Shown: positions 9,500-19,786, numbered from the stretch's first letter. The stretch is 64,000 nucleotides of DNA from a candidate division WWE3 bacterium (GCA_052035175.1 JBPOHV010000001.1:366773-430772), one strand, 5' to 3'. Numbers and translations are program-made. The notes: generated by a model from the letters alone, not told the origin.

Positions 9500-10623
9500 T
9501 CTGTAGTAAAAACTTCTAAAAACTTTTTTGCTGTTTGGTTCCATGAATACTTTTTTGCGATTTCTTGTGCACGTTGTAAAGCCATTGGTTGTGACAAAGC
9601 TTCATGAATGCCTTGGCTAATATTGTTGATATCAAGTGGATTTACATAAACAGGATATTCTTCGCCAATTTCATTGAACGCAGGAATATTAGAAACAATA
9701 GCTTTTGTTCCGCAAGAAATCGCTTCTAACAAGGGCAAACCAAAACCTTCATCTAAAGAACAATTTATAAAAGCTTCAGCGCCGCTATACAGTGCAGGTC
9801 TGTCTTCATCGGGAATACGCCCAATATAAATTACTTTGTCTTTATTAGCGTTCATGCTATTTACAGACTCATCATATTCCCAGCCAAGCTTCCCAGCGAT
9901 TACCAATTTTATCTCAGGTATCGATTTAACTGCTTCGACCATTCGAGGAACATTTTTACGTGGTTGAATCGTTGATAAAAAGAATAAGTATTTGCCGTTG
10001 ATATTATACTTGTTTCGTATAGTATCGATTTCACTTTCATTTCGTTTATAAAATTCTTCACCCACAGCTTCTGGAATTACATCTATTTTTGATTTATTTA
10101 TAAAAAGATAATTAATTTCAGTTTTCACTTTGTTAGAAGGTACTATTATTTTGTGAGATGTAAGTAATGTCCACCACAATACAAATGGGTGAAGTAATTT
10201 ATGTATAGGTTTTTTGGAATACTGGTTATTTATTTTGTATTCAAATCCATGAAGCATGCACACAGTTTTTTGAAAAAACCTAGAGATTGAAGGTACTGTG
10301 TGAAATGGAGTAAAAAAAACATCGACTCGGTTAGTCATCAATTCTAGTAACAAACTTATTTGTGTCCATGAAATTAACTTTGGTAAGACTTTGTATGTAA
10401 TATTATTTTTGTTTGTAAATAATTTGGTGATTAAGTCTTTATTTGGTTCATTTTCAAAATACACAATATAGTCATTAGTTTTGTCTATCTCAGAAAGTTT
10501 TGTATACAAGTGAAGTGCAAATTGCTCTGGGCCAGCTAGTCCTGAGCGTGTCAACATTTGTCCGTTTAAACCTATTTTCATGCTTTGATTATATCTTTTA
10601 ATTATATCTTTGTATCGATGCAT
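9496..10623 (-). CDS. GT4-family glycosyltransferase
   Basis: Motif LDEGFGLPLLEAISCGTKAIVSN. The likely true start is the internal MKIGLNGQ (near 10581), which would shorten the N-terminus by 14 aa. Confidence 0.8.
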   Translation of the reverse strand: MHRYKDIIKRYNQSMKIGLNGQMLTRSGLAGPEQFALHLYTKLSEIDKTNDYIVYFENEPNKDLITKLFTNKNNITYKVLPKLISWTQISLLLELMTNRVDVFFTPFHTVPSISRFFQKTVCMLHGFEYKINNQYSKKPIHKLLHPFVLWWTLLTSHKIIVPSNKVKTEINYLFINKSKIDVIPEAVGEEFYKRNESEIDTIRNKYNINGKYLFFLSTIQPRKNVPRMVEAVKSIPEIKLVIAGKLGWEYDESVNSMNANKDKVIYIGRIPDEDRPALYSGAEAFINCSLDEGFGLPLLEAISCGTKAIVSNIPAFNEIGEEYPVYVNPLDINNISQGIHEALSQPMALQRAQEIAKKYSWNQTAKKFLEVFTTD

Positions 10624-10658
10624 CTACTATTGACTAACGCAGATTGTAATATTATACT

Positions 10659-10913
10659 ATGTTTATGTTTGCAGATTTATTAAATACACTGCAATTTTTA
10701 GGTCTTACACCAGAGAATCTTATACCATTACTATTAGTGTTTATTATAATGGATAGACGAATAGATAATAAGTTGACTATGCAGTTGGACACGATACGTC
10801 ACGACTTACGTGATATAAAAAATAAAATCAATATTTTAGAAAGGGCAGTCGTTGAGATTCAAGTTGTTCTAGTGAATGCAGGGCATAAATTGACTCAACT
10901 ATTGCATAGTTAA
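10659..10913 (+). CDS. small hypothetical protein (possible membrane peptide)
   Basis: 84-aa ORF between divergent glycosyltransferase genes. Hydrophobic N-terminus. No homology recognised. Confidence 0.25.
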   Translation: MFMFADLLNTLQFLGLTPENLIPLLLVFIIMDRRIDNKLTMQLDTIRHDLRDIKNKINILERAVVEIQVVLVNAGHKLTQLLHS

Positions 10914-10914
10914 T

Positions 10915-12024
10915 TTGCGCTTAGCTATTGTTTGTGATGATCTTATTCAAAAAGGTGGGCAAGAACGCTTGGTTATAGAAGCTTGTAAGATTTGGTCTAA
11001 TCCTGTTTTATATACAAGCGTTGCATCTGAGTATTGGAAAGCCAAATGTAAAAATGAAGGAATAACTCTGAAAGTTTCATTTTTGCAAAAATTTCCATTT
11101 ATTCAAAACTTGTATAGGTATTATTCATTATTTCTATTACATGTACTTGCAATTGAATCTTTTGATTTATCCAAATACGATGTGGTTTTAAGTATTTCAT
11201 CTAGGTATGCACACCATGCAAAAACAAAGCCTGGTGCTGTACATATATGCTATATGAATTCTCCTGGACGCATGTTTTGGGAGCCTTTTACTTATTTTGA
11301 AAACGAGAAAGTCTTTCGTACTAATTTTGCAAAAAGTTTGTTGCACCCATTTTTGTCTTATTTTCGAATGATCGACTATATAGCTGCGCAGAAAGTTGAC
11401 TATTTTGTAGCTAATGCAAAAACACCTTATGCTCGTATAAAAAAGTATTACCACAGAGACGCAGCTATTATTTATCCTCCTGTTGATATTTCATCTGATG
11501 CGCTTGTTAACGCTAAATCTGAAAGGTATTTTTTGATCATAAGCAGGTTGGTTGCTTGGAAACATATAGATATAGCCATAGGTGCTTGCAATAAGCTTGG
11601 TATAAGGTTGAAAATTTTGGGTGATGGCCCTGATAAATCTCGGTTAATGAGTATGGCTGGTAAAACTATTGAATTTCTGGGTTATGTAAGTGATGAAAAA
11701 AAGTTTGAAATCGTATCAAAATGTAGTGCACTTATAAATACACAAGCTGAAGATTTTGGTTTGGTACCTGTTGAAGTTATGTCTCACGGAAAACCTGTTA
11801 TCGCTTATGCAAAAGGTGGTGCACTCGAAACAGTATTACCTGGTAAGACTGGAGATTTTTTTTATTCTCAAACAGTCGATGCATTAATAGCCTGTTTAAA
11901 AGATTTTGATGAGACGGCTTATTCACCAAGCGATTGTCGAGCTCAAGCAGAGATTTTTCACAAAAAAGTCTTTGTGTCTAAGCTAAAACGTTTCGTAGAA
12001 AAAAAAGTACTTTTTGAGCAATAA
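10915..12024 (+). CDS. GT4-family glycosyltransferase
   Basis: TTG start. Begins MRLAIVCDDL and carries the motif EDFGLVPVEVMSHGKPVIA. Confidence 0.75.
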   Translation: MRLAIVCDDLIQKGGQERLVIEACKIWSNPVLYTSVASEYWKAKCKNEGITLKVSFLQKFPFIQNLYRYYSLFLLHVLAIESFDLSKYDVVLSISSRYAHHAKTKPGAVHICYMNSPGRMFWEPFTYFENEKVFRTNFAKSLLHPFLSYFRMIDYIAAQKVDYFVANAKTPYARIKKYYHRDAAIIYPPVDISSDALVNAKSERYFLIISRLVAWKHIDIAIGACNKLGIRLKILGDGPDKSRLMSMAGKTIEFLGYVSDEKKFEIVSKCSALINTQAEDFGLVPVEVMSHGKPVIAYAKGGALETVLPGKTGDFFYSQTVDALIACLKDFDETAYSPSDCRAQAEIFHKKVFVSKLKRFVEKKVLFEQ

Positions 12025-12700
12025 GGTTGAGTATGATGTATACTTAGGGCAAATTTCTCTTGATATGAGTTTTTACGACTTGGGTAAAAGATTAATAGAT
12101 ATTTTGGGTGGTATTGTAGGACTTATTATTTTTGCGCCGTTTATGGCCCTCATAGCTTTTTGGATTAAACTTGTTTCACCAGAAGGTCCAGTTTTCGCAG
12201 ATATACCTTATAGAGTTGGTAAAGATGGTAATTTATTTAGAATGTATAAATTTCGATCTATGATTCCTAATGCACAGAATTGGCTTAATGAACATCCAGA
12301 ATGGCTTGAAAAATATAAAGCAAATAGTTATAAGCTTGATCCTGATCCTCGACTTATAAAAGGTGCAAAATTTATACGCAAAAGTAGTGTCGACGAGCTG
12401 CCTCAGTTTTTAAATGTTTTATTAGGTAATATGAGTTTGGTTGGTCCACGTGCATATATGGATTTTGAATTACAGCAACAATTAGAGAAGTTTCCTGATG
12501 CAAAAGCAAATGTTGATCTTTTAATACGCGTAAAACCAGGTATTACAGGTCCTTGGCAGGTAGGTGGGAGATCGGAGATTAGTTTTGTAGAGAGAGTAAA
12601 AATTGATGCAGACTATGCACAGCGCCGCTCTTTGTTGTATGACATTATGATACTGCTAAAAACCCCATTTGCTGTTTTATCGCAAAAAGGGTCGTATTAG
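12014..12700 (+). CDS. Initiating phosphoglycosyl transferase (bacterial sugar transferase family, PglC/WbaP C-terminal domain type)
   Basis: One N-terminal TM helix followed by DELPQFLNVLLGNMSLVGPRA, the hallmark of the Bac_transf family. TTG start overlapping the upstream GT. Confidence 0.8.
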   Translation: MSNKVEYDVYLGQISLDMSFYDLGKRLIDILGGIVGLIIFAPFMALIAFWIKLVSPEGPVFADIPYRVGKDGNLFRMYKFRSMIPNAQNWLNEHPEWLEKYKANSYKLDPDPRLIKGAKFIRKSSVDELPQFLNVLLGNMSLVGPRAYMDFELQQQLEKFPDAKANVDLLIRVKPGITGPWQVGGRSEISFVERVKIDADYAQRRSLLYDIMILLKTPFAVLSQKGSY

Positions 12701-12734
12701 CCTTAAGGCGTATTTATGTAGTATATTAGATATT

Positions 12735-14702
12735 ATGCAAAACGAACCAATAAAAAATAATTTTAATAAGGATTTGAATATGAAATTTAATAAAGATATA
12801 AACCTTAAGTCAAAACCAAATAATTTGGTAAAAGGCTTGGGCGTCACAGGAGTTATATTATTTGTACTTTTATTTGTTTTTGGTCTTGTTATGTATCAGT
12901 TTATTGTACGCCCAGCTTTTGCTTTGATGACGGTTACAAACGAGCTTAAAAAAGATTCACGAGATCTTGTAGATGCGTTTGGATCTAGAGATTTGGTTAG
13001 ACTTGGTGAAGTTATAGATGAAACTCAGTCAGATTTAGAAAAAGTCCGCCGTGAGCGCGATGCAAAGTTTGGTTGGGCAAAAGATGTAAAAGCTTTTAAA
13101 TTAAATGAATTTTATTCCGATTCTGATCGATTTATAAATGCAGGTAATTATGCTTTGGCAGTTATTACAGAAATGTCAAAAGTTATCACGCCTTTTGCAG
13201 ATGCAGCAGGTTTGAAAGTCGACCCAAGTCAAGCACCTCCGTCTACTGAGGGTGGGCTTATGGAAGCATTTCAAACTTGGGTTTCTTTGATGCCTCAAGT
13301 AGCAAATAATATGGATGGCGTTATAGCACTTGTTCAGAAGGTTGGCGAAGAGCTAGAGCCAGTAAATGTTGATAAATATCCAAAAGAGTTTCGTGGCATT
13401 CGCGTACGTGAGAATATCTCTTTGGCAAAAAATGTGTTGACTCAGTCAAAAGATTACGCTCCTGATATAAAACAAGCTTTGACAATTGTTCCAGAACTTT
13501 TGGGTGTAGGTTCTACACAAGATAAACGTTATCTGATAATTTTCCAAAATGATAAAGAAATACGCCCAACAGGTGGTTTTTGGACTTATTTCGCAACATT
13601 TAAATTAAGAAACGGTTTGTTGCAATCTGACTTCACTTCATACAATTTTTATACTCTTGATGAGATTATAAATATTATTGACGCAACCTATGATTTCCCC
13701 GATGCACCAAAAGCATATGCTAAATATCTAAAAGTTGAGCGTTGGTTTGCGAGAGATTCAAATTCTTCTCCAGATCTACCAACTTCACTTGAAAATTTGT
13801 CATTTTATTATAATTTAGCTGCAAAGCTTGACCCTGCTACTATAAAACCAGTTGATGGCATCATTACTATCGATACGACAGTTTTACGAGAATTGTTGGA
13901 AATCACTGGCCCTGCAACTGTTAATGGTGTGACGTACACTAGTGAAAATGCAGTCTTGGAACTCGAAAAGATTGCTTCTTTAGCTTTGGCAGAGCAGGCA
14001 AACCGCAAGAGAGTTTTGGGAGACTTGATGGAATCAATGTTGATCAATGTTTTTGAGTCAGACAAAAACCTTTGGTCAAAAATCATAGAAAAGGGTGTAG
14101 ATTTGGCGGCACGCAAACATATTACAGGCTATAGCTACGATATTAATGCTCAAAAGCTCTTGGAGAAATATAATTTGGCAGGTCGCATTTGGGATACTGT
14201 TCCTGGTGACTATTCTATGGTTGTACAAACAAACCTTGGTGGCGATAAAACGAACTGGTTTGTTACTAAACAAGTCGATCATTCATTGGATCAAAAAGAT
14301 GGTAAGTGGATGGATACAGTTAAGATTACGTATAACTATAAACAACCTTCTGCAGACTTTGGGCCTTTTATAAAAAGATTTAGAGATTGGGTCAGAGTTT
14401 ATGCTCCAGCCAATTCACAATTGATTTCGGTTGAAGGTTCTGAAGATACTGAAGTTAATATGCAGGATCAAGAACGAAACAAAGTTTGGTTTTCAGGCTA
14501 TTTAGAATTGGGTCCAGATGAAACTAAATCTATTACTTTCAAGTACTATTTACCAGATGGCATCATCAAAGATGACAAATATTTGTTGGCTTTACAAAAG
14601 CAATCTGGCATTCTTGAAGAAAAGCATACTATTAGTATAAACGGTAAACTAGTAAAAGAACTGATGTTATCAAAAGATACTAATGTATCGATCGATTTGT
14701 GA
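12735..14702 (+). CDS. Large membrane-anchored extracytoplasmic protein (resembles DUF4012-type proteins of cell-envelope polysaccharide loci)
   Basis: Single N-terminal TM (GVTGVILFVLLFVFGLVMYQFIV), then about 600 aa of soluble domain. Start moved to ATG 12735, downstream of the overlapping upstream gene. The DUF4012 resemblance is from recollection and unverified. Confidence 0.45.
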   Translation: MQNEPIKNNFNKDLNMKFNKDINLKSKPNNLVKGLGVTGVILFVLLFVFGLVMYQFIVRPAFALMTVTNELKKDSRDLVDAFGSRDLVRLGEVIDETQSDLEKVRRERDAKFGWAKDVKAFKLNEFYSDSDRFINAGNYALAVITEMSKVITPFADAAGLKVDPSQAPPSTEGGLMEAFQTWVSLMPQVANNMDGVIALVQKVGEELEPVNVDKYPKEFRGIRVRENISLAKNVLTQSKDYAPDIKQALTIVPELLGVGSTQDKRYLIIFQNDKEIRPTGGFWTYFATFKLRNGLLQSDFTSYNFYTLDEIINIIDATYDFPDAPKAYAKYLKVERWFARDSNSSPDLPTSLENLSFYYNLAAKLDPATIKPVDGIITIDTTVLRELLEITGPATVNGVTYTSENAVLELEKIASLALAEQANRKRVLGDLMESMLINVFESDKNLWSKIIEKGVDLAARKHITGYSYDINAQKLLEKYNLAGRIWDTVPGDYSMVVQTNLGGDKTNWFVTKQVDHSLDQKDGKWMDTVKITYNYKQPSADFGPFIKRFRDWVRVYAPANSQLISVEGSEDTEVNMQDQERNKVWFSGYLELGPDETKSITFKYYLPDGIIKDDKYLLALQKQSGILEEKHTISINGKLVKELMLSKDTNVSIDL

Positions 14703-15325
14703 ATAAGAAAAAAACTGAAGCTATAGTTTTGAAGCATTCTAATTATAGCGATCTCGACCAAATATACACATTGTTTACAAAAGATTTTGGCCTTGTTAGG
14801 TGCCGTGCTTTTGGTGTACGTAAAATTACCTCAAAACGAGTCGGTAGTCTTGATACATTAAATTTGATTTCAATCTCTTATACAGAAAAAAATGGGTTTA
14901 ATACGGTAGATGAGGTATTGGTGCTAGATACATTTGCAGAAATTAAATCAAATCAAGACAAGATCTTTAAATCGTATTATTTAGTTGAACTTATACTCAA
15001 AGCTTTACAAGAAGAACACCCAGAACCAGTTATTTATGCTTTATTTAAAAAAATGTTACTTGGTGTAGCAAAATACGAAGATTTTGATGTATATATAAGC
15101 TTTTTTGAAATAAGGCTTTTGACAGAATTGGGTTACGATTTGCCATTGGACGACCCGCAAAAATTACAAACCACACCTCAAGTTTTGGACATTTTGCGAT
15201 CGTTGTATGCTGGCAAAATGACGAAAGAAGCTTATAAGGCACATAAACCTGAGATTGATAGAATTATAAAGTCTTTTGTAAAGCTGAATGTTTCTCCATG
15301 GTTTAAATCTTTATCTTTAGTGTAA
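14699..15325 (+). CDS. recO: DNA repair protein RecO
   Basis: N-terminal OB-fold segment EAIVLKHSNYSDLDQIYTLFTKDFGLVRCRAFGVRK is characteristic of RecO. GTG start overlapping the upstream stop. Confidence 0.7.
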   Translation: MNKKKTEAIVLKHSNYSDLDQIYTLFTKDFGLVRCRAFGVRKITSKRVGSLDTLNLISISYTEKNGFNTVDEVLVLDTFAEIKSNQDKIFKSYYLVELILKALQEEHPEPVIYALFKKMLLGVAKYEDFDVYISFFEIRLLTELGYDLPLDDPQKLQTTPQVLDILRSLYAGKMTKEAYKAHKPEIDRIIKSFVKLNVSPWFKSLSLV

Positions 15326-15345
15326 AAAGTGAAACAATAGTTTAC

Positions 15346-16797
15346 ATGAGAATGCCTGTTATTAATAAAATAAAAAAACCTTATTTGTTTTTGAGCACCT
15401 TTTTATTACTACTTATATTTCTGGGTGTGTATTTGATCTTACCTGATCAAGTAAATATGTTAATGGCCAATCGTTATGAAGGCTATACCAAGATTGGTAA
15501 TGTCCAAATGCCTATTCTTGTTGAACGTAAAAACTATTTAGAAACTACAGAAGGTGAGTTAGTGCTTGCATCTTATGAATACACTTATACAGGCACACGA
15601 CCAACCCGCCCAAATCTCAAAGTTGTAATACCACAAAAGCTAGCTATTAGTAGACATGGAGATTATGGCATTTTAAGCGATACTTCAAATATATGGATGT
15701 ATAACTATTCTACAAAAGAAAAATCCTTGCTCGCTTTTCCAACCAATCTAAAGGTATACGATAATGTATTACGCATTACTTCATCTAAACTATCTGATTC
15801 ATCGGCGTTAGTTGTTTTTGAAGGTCCATATAATGCAGAGCGTACAGGCTCGCTATATGAGGGTTATGTTTTGGATTTTTCAACAAAACAATTTACAAGC
15901 TTATCAAGTATTGATTGTCCTGGTATTTACTGCTTACCTTCTGCAATGCCTTTAAATGATCAATATGCAATACTTAAGCGTGGTTATGGCGATGGTTGTG
16001 GGGGTGGGGGATCTTTGGCTTTGTTCAATTTGAAGACTTACCAAGAAACTTTTATCACAGATTATGATAATTCTTGTGTTTCTACTGATAGTGCTTTTGT
16101 AGACATTTTTAACGGCAAGTTACTGATGAACACAACAAAATTTATTGCGATGAGTGAATATGATGGTGAAGATAAACTTTCCAGTATTTATAGTCTCGAC
16201 CCATTTACCAAAGAAAAACAAGTACTTTTGACTGACGATCAAATTCCTGCGGATGCTAGGTCAATTAGAGTGGTTGACAACACTACTCTTATATTAAATA
16301 AATCGTATTCTGATGAGTACTATGTATACGATACGGCTGTTGGCAGTCTGATAGAAACTACATTTGCTAAAACTCCATATCAGACTTCAGAAATGCAGGC
16401 GCCATACCTTACATTGGATACAGATATAGAGCTTGGTGAGTTTGTTGGTGCCGAAAAACTTACAAGAGGTCAAGCTGGTCACGATGGTATAAAGCTGAAA
16501 TATTCTAGCAATAAAGAAATAGAGTATATATCACCAGATCGTTGGTCAGAAATGTATTTAACACAAAATCCAGTACCTGAAGCACTCAAAGAATGTGGTT
16601 TTTATTCTTTTTATTTCTCAAATGTTCAGTTTGAAAAGAATAGTATTAGTTGGGTGGTAAAGCCATTATTCAACACTAGCCGGTTGAAGGTAGGTTGTAG
16701 TGCTCCTCAGTATGACTTTTTGTCAGTTATAGCAGATTTGAACACTGGGGATGTTTATTATAAGGTAGGTCATCCCAAAGCTAAGACTGTAAATTAG
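15346..16797 (+). CDS. hypothetical secreted/membrane-anchored protein (possible beta-propeller-like)
   Basis: N-terminal TM/signal (LFLSTFLLLLIFLGVYLIL), Gly-rich GDGCGGGG segment, beta-rich composition. Confidence 0.45.
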   Translation: MRMPVINKIKKPYLFLSTFLLLLIFLGVYLILPDQVNMLMANRYEGYTKIGNVQMPILVERKNYLETTEGELVLASYEYTYTGTRPTRPNLKVVIPQKLAISRHGDYGILSDTSNIWMYNYSTKEKSLLAFPTNLKVYDNVLRITSSKLSDSSALVVFEGPYNAERTGSLYEGYVLDFSTKQFTSLSSIDCPGIYCLPSAMPLNDQYAILKRGYGDGCGGGGSLALFNLKTYQETFITDYDNSCVSTDSAFVDIFNGKLLMNTTKFIAMSEYDGEDKLSSIYSLDPFTKEKQVLLTDDQIPADARSIRVVDNTTLILNKSYSDEYYVYDTAVGSLIETTFAKTPYQTSEMQAPYLTLDTDIELGEFVGAEKLTRGQAGHDGIKLKYSSNKEIEYISPDRWSEMYLTQNPVPEALKECGFYSFYFSNVQFEKNSISWVVKPLFNTSRLKVGCSAPQYDFLSVIADLNTGDVYYKVGHPKAKTVN

Positions 16798-16807
16798 GCT
16801 TTTTCCG

Positions 16808-18190
16808 TTGTATACTCGTTTTATGTCGCCCGATAAGCAACAAAAGATAATATCCTTGGCCAAACGCAGAGGGTTTGTATTTCCTTCTAGTGAGATTTAT
16901 GGTGGGTTGGCGAATACTTATGATTTTGGGCCTTTGGGTTCACTTTTGACTAAAAATATTCAAGCTTCTTGGTGGAGGTTTTTTGTCACTAAAAGAAAAA
17001 ATATCCATGGTATGGATTCGAGCATTTTGATGAGTCCAAAAGTATGGGAGGCTTCTGGTCATACCGTACGTTTTAACGATGCGCTTATAGATTGTAAATC
17101 TTGTAAGTTAAGAACACGCGCAGACCATTTAATAGAAGATAATCTCCAAAACATCAAAGTCGAAGGCCAAAGCATGGAAGCTTTGGAAAAGATTATTTTT
17201 GACAACAAGCTCAAATGTCCAAATTGTGGAGAAATCAACTGGACAAAGCCTCGCAAATTCAATCTTTTATTCGAAACAAATATAGGTATTGTCGAAGATT
17301 CTCAATCTTTAGCTTATTTACGTGGTGAGATTGCTCAAGGCATGTTTGTTAACTTTAAAAATGTTCTCGACAGCATGAGACCAAGATTGCCGTTTGGGTT
17401 AGCTCAATCTGGTAAAGCTTTTAGAAATGAAATAACAAAAGGCAATTTTATTTTTAGAGTTTTAGAATTTTATTTGGCTGAGTTTGAATATTTTATAGAT
17501 CCAGAAAAGCAAAATTGGGAAGAAGTATTTGAATATTGGAAAAAAGAAATGCATGCTTGGGCATTAAGCTTGGGTCTTGATGAAAAGGCGTTATCTTGGA
17601 GAACCCACACAGATGATGAAAGATCGCATTATTCAACTCGGACCGAAGATTTGGAATACGAATTCCCTTTTGGACGAAAAGAGCTTTTTGGTTTGGCTTA
17701 TCGCACAGATTTTGATTTAAAGAATCATACAGAAAAATCAGGCGTCGATCTAAGATATACTGACCCAGATGATCCTACAAGAAAATTTATCCCATATGTT
17801 ATCGAACCAACTTTTGGTATCAACCGAGTAGTACTTGCTGTGCTTGCACAATCTTTTACTGAGGGTGATGACAGGATCTACTTAAAATTACCCAAGGATT
17901 TAGCTCCTTATAAAGTTGCGGTATTTCCTTTGGTAAGAAATAAAGAAGAATTAGTAAAAAAGGCAGATGAAGTTTATTCTGCTTTATTAGAGAAGGGGGT
18001 AAGCACTGCTTGGGATGATCGAGGAAATATTGGTAAGCGTTATTTCGCTCAAGATGAAATAGGTACTCCTTATTGCGTGACTGTCGATTATCAAACGTTG
18101 GAAGATGGGACTGTAACTATCAGAGACCGCGATACTATGAAGCAAGACAGAATTAAGATTGAAGAGATTAGTTCGATTGTTAGCAATTAA
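16808..18190 (+). CDS. glyQS: Glycyl-tRNA synthetase (alpha2 dimeric, GlyQS type)
   Basis: N-terminus KIISLAKRRGFVFPSSEIYGGLANTYDFGPLG, class II motifs, C-terminal anticodon-binding domain. Confidence 0.9.
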   Translation: MYTRFMSPDKQQKIISLAKRRGFVFPSSEIYGGLANTYDFGPLGSLLTKNIQASWWRFFVTKRKNIHGMDSSILMSPKVWEASGHTVRFNDALIDCKSCKLRTRADHLIEDNLQNIKVEGQSMEALEKIIFDNKLKCPNCGEINWTKPRKFNLLFETNIGIVEDSQSLAYLRGEIAQGMFVNFKNVLDSMRPRLPFGLAQSGKAFRNEITKGNFIFRVLEFYLAEFEYFIDPEKQNWEEVFEYWKKEMHAWALSLGLDEKALSWRTHTDDERSHYSTRTEDLEYEFPFGRKELFGLAYRTDFDLKNHTEKSGVDLRYTDPDDPTRKFIPYVIEPTFGINRVVLAVLAQSFTEGDDRIYLKLPKDLAPYKVAVFPLVRNKEELVKKADEVYSALLEKGVSTAWDDRGNIGKRYFAQDEIGTPYCVTVDYQTLEDGTVTIRDRDTMKQDRIKIEEISSIVSN

Positions 18191-19149
18191 GATTTTATGT
18201 CTCTTTTGAACTTTACAGTTGGTAGTTTTTGTTCCTTCTCTGGTTTAGCAAAATTTGGTTTTCGCAAATCACCCATCATTATGTCATCTGCTAACCCCTT
18301 CAGATCTAAAGAAAGAGCTTTGGCTTCTGCTTCTTCCTCAGATAGGCAGATATTTGCTGATGATAGAACTTTAAATTGCTTTTTACCCAATATGTCGTAC
18401 AACACTTTGAGCGCTTTTAAATCACCTGTAAGCATGCCTATTTGTAATTCTTTGAGTTGATCCATATATGAAACATTTCGAATAGCAGCGACTTTAGATA
18501 TTATCTTGTCTATTATGTAGCACTCGTGTTTATAACCTATTCCTGTAAGCACTTCTAAATCTGCTAGATTTTTGTATTTATGAGCATACTTTACTATCAT
18601 TGCGTGGTTGCTTATTTCTGTTAAAGCTTCGTTAAGAGCTTTAAAAGAACTTGTCGGCGTTTTATACCCAGCTCTTTCTTCTACAGGGTTGTATAGCGTT
18701 TGAGAAGGTGATCTATGTAATCCCACTTGTTTATACGCTGACTTGTGTACCATTTCATGATTAAGTCTAATTTTCTCTTTTGGTGTCAACTTGCTATGCA
18801 TTTTTTTAGCTAAAAATAATTGACCTTTATATGGGTTAATCCCAGCTGAGCATTGTCCACCTTCAACGTTATGTTTTTCAAAAGTTTTCATTGGCAAGAA
18901 ATGGGTTCGTGCAATCGTATCTTTGAGCCTGTTTGCAACTAGAGCTTCGAGTCCTAAATCAGCAGCCCATTCTAGTTGCATACTCACTAAATCTTTAATT
19001 ACTTCTATATCGTTTTCTTGTTTTTCTATTTCGCCATCAAAGCTTTCTTCGTAGTTAATTCTAACCTTAGTGCCTTCAGGTGTCCTTGGCGTGCCATACT
19101 CTCGTATTAGAAATCTAACATCTACTAGAGGTTCTTGTGTTTCAATCAT
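18187..19149 (-). CDS. hypothetical protein with HExxH motif (possible zinc metallopeptidase)
   Basis: 320 aa containing RLNHEMVHKSAY (HEMVH). No other recognisable domain. Confidence 0.45.
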   Translation of the reverse strand: MIETQEPLVDVRFLIREYGTPRTPEGTKVRINYEESFDGEIEKQENDIEVIKDLVSMQLEWAADLGLEALVANRLKDTIARTHFLPMKTFEKHNVEGGQCSAGINPYKGQLFLAKKMHSKLTPKEKIRLNHEMVHKSAYKQVGLHRSPSQTLYNPVEERAGYKTPTSSFKALNEALTEISNHAMIVKYAHKYKNLADLEVLTGIGYKHECYIIDKIISKVAAIRNVSYMDQLKELQIGMLTGDLKALKVLYDILGKKQFKVLSSANICLSEEEAEAKALSLDLKGLADDIMMGDLRKPNFAKPEKEQKLPTVKFKRDIKS

Positions 19150-19174
19150 TTCTTTTATTATACATAGATTTTTA

Positions 19175-19194
19175 GGGCTAAGCCCGGCTTAGCC
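19175..19194. repeat. GC-rich palindromic element GGGCTAAGCC-CGG-CTTAGCC
   Basis: Near-perfect 9-bp inverted repeat in AT-rich intergenic DNA. Member of a five-copy family. Confidence 0.7.
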
Positions 19195-19204
19195 TTTTTG
19201 TTTG

Positions 19205-19786
19205 TTAATGTTTTCGAGCTATAAAGTTATAAAAATGCCAGTGTTTATCTTCGCCACTAGCAGTTGATCCATCAAACTCACGTTCGGTTAGCTTTATTAT
19301 ATGCAGTGGCTCCAACAAACTTTCTGCTCTTTCGCGTGTAACAAATGTCAACTCTGTATCTTTTCTGTTCCACGAAGCATTTACACCAAAAAATTGACCC
19401 GTAAAAACACCCTGAGGTTTTAGTGCTAGTTGTATATTAGCTATCAACGCATCAAAGTTATCTGGTTTTTCAAATGGTAAAGACCATTGGGCTGTCACTA
19501 AATCGAATGTGTTTGGTGTGAATTCAAATTCGTCAAATTTTCTTTGAAATACAAGCAATCTTGCGTCTTGAATTTGTGTTTTATACTTTATAATTATTGG
19601 GTTTTTCTCGACTGCGCATACTAAATTGAAACCGCTATCTAGTAAATACTTAGAATCTCTTAGTGTTCCAGCGCCAAGATCCAAGGCAGTATCGCGTACT
19701 TTTACATAATTTACTGCTTCAACTAAAAGCTTGTTTGGTGGTTCTTGTTCTGTTTTTTCATAATATTCATTTGGTGTTATTGCCAT
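19205..19786 (-). CDS. Class I SAM-dependent methyltransferase (TehB-like small-molecule MTase)
   Basis: Motif I LDLGAGTLRDSKYLL, acidic post-I residue, 193 aa. Bracketed by GC-rich palindromic repeats. Confidence 0.7.
   Translation of the reverse strand: MAITPNEYYEKTEQEPPNKLLVEAVNYVKVRDTALDLGAGTLRDSKYLLDSGFNLVCAVEKNPIIIKYKTQIQDARLLVFQRKFDEFEFTPNTFDLVTAQWSLPFEKPDNFDALIANIQLALKPQGVFTGQFFGVNASWNRKDTELTFVTRERAESLLEPLHIIKLTEREFDGSTASGEDKHWHFYNFIARKH

Noticed and set aside
10624-10658. Operator in the divergent GT promoter region
   Set aside because: Only standard TTGACT / TAATATTAT promoter elements are visible. No repeated motif is shared with the 167-234 and 5115-5206 regions.
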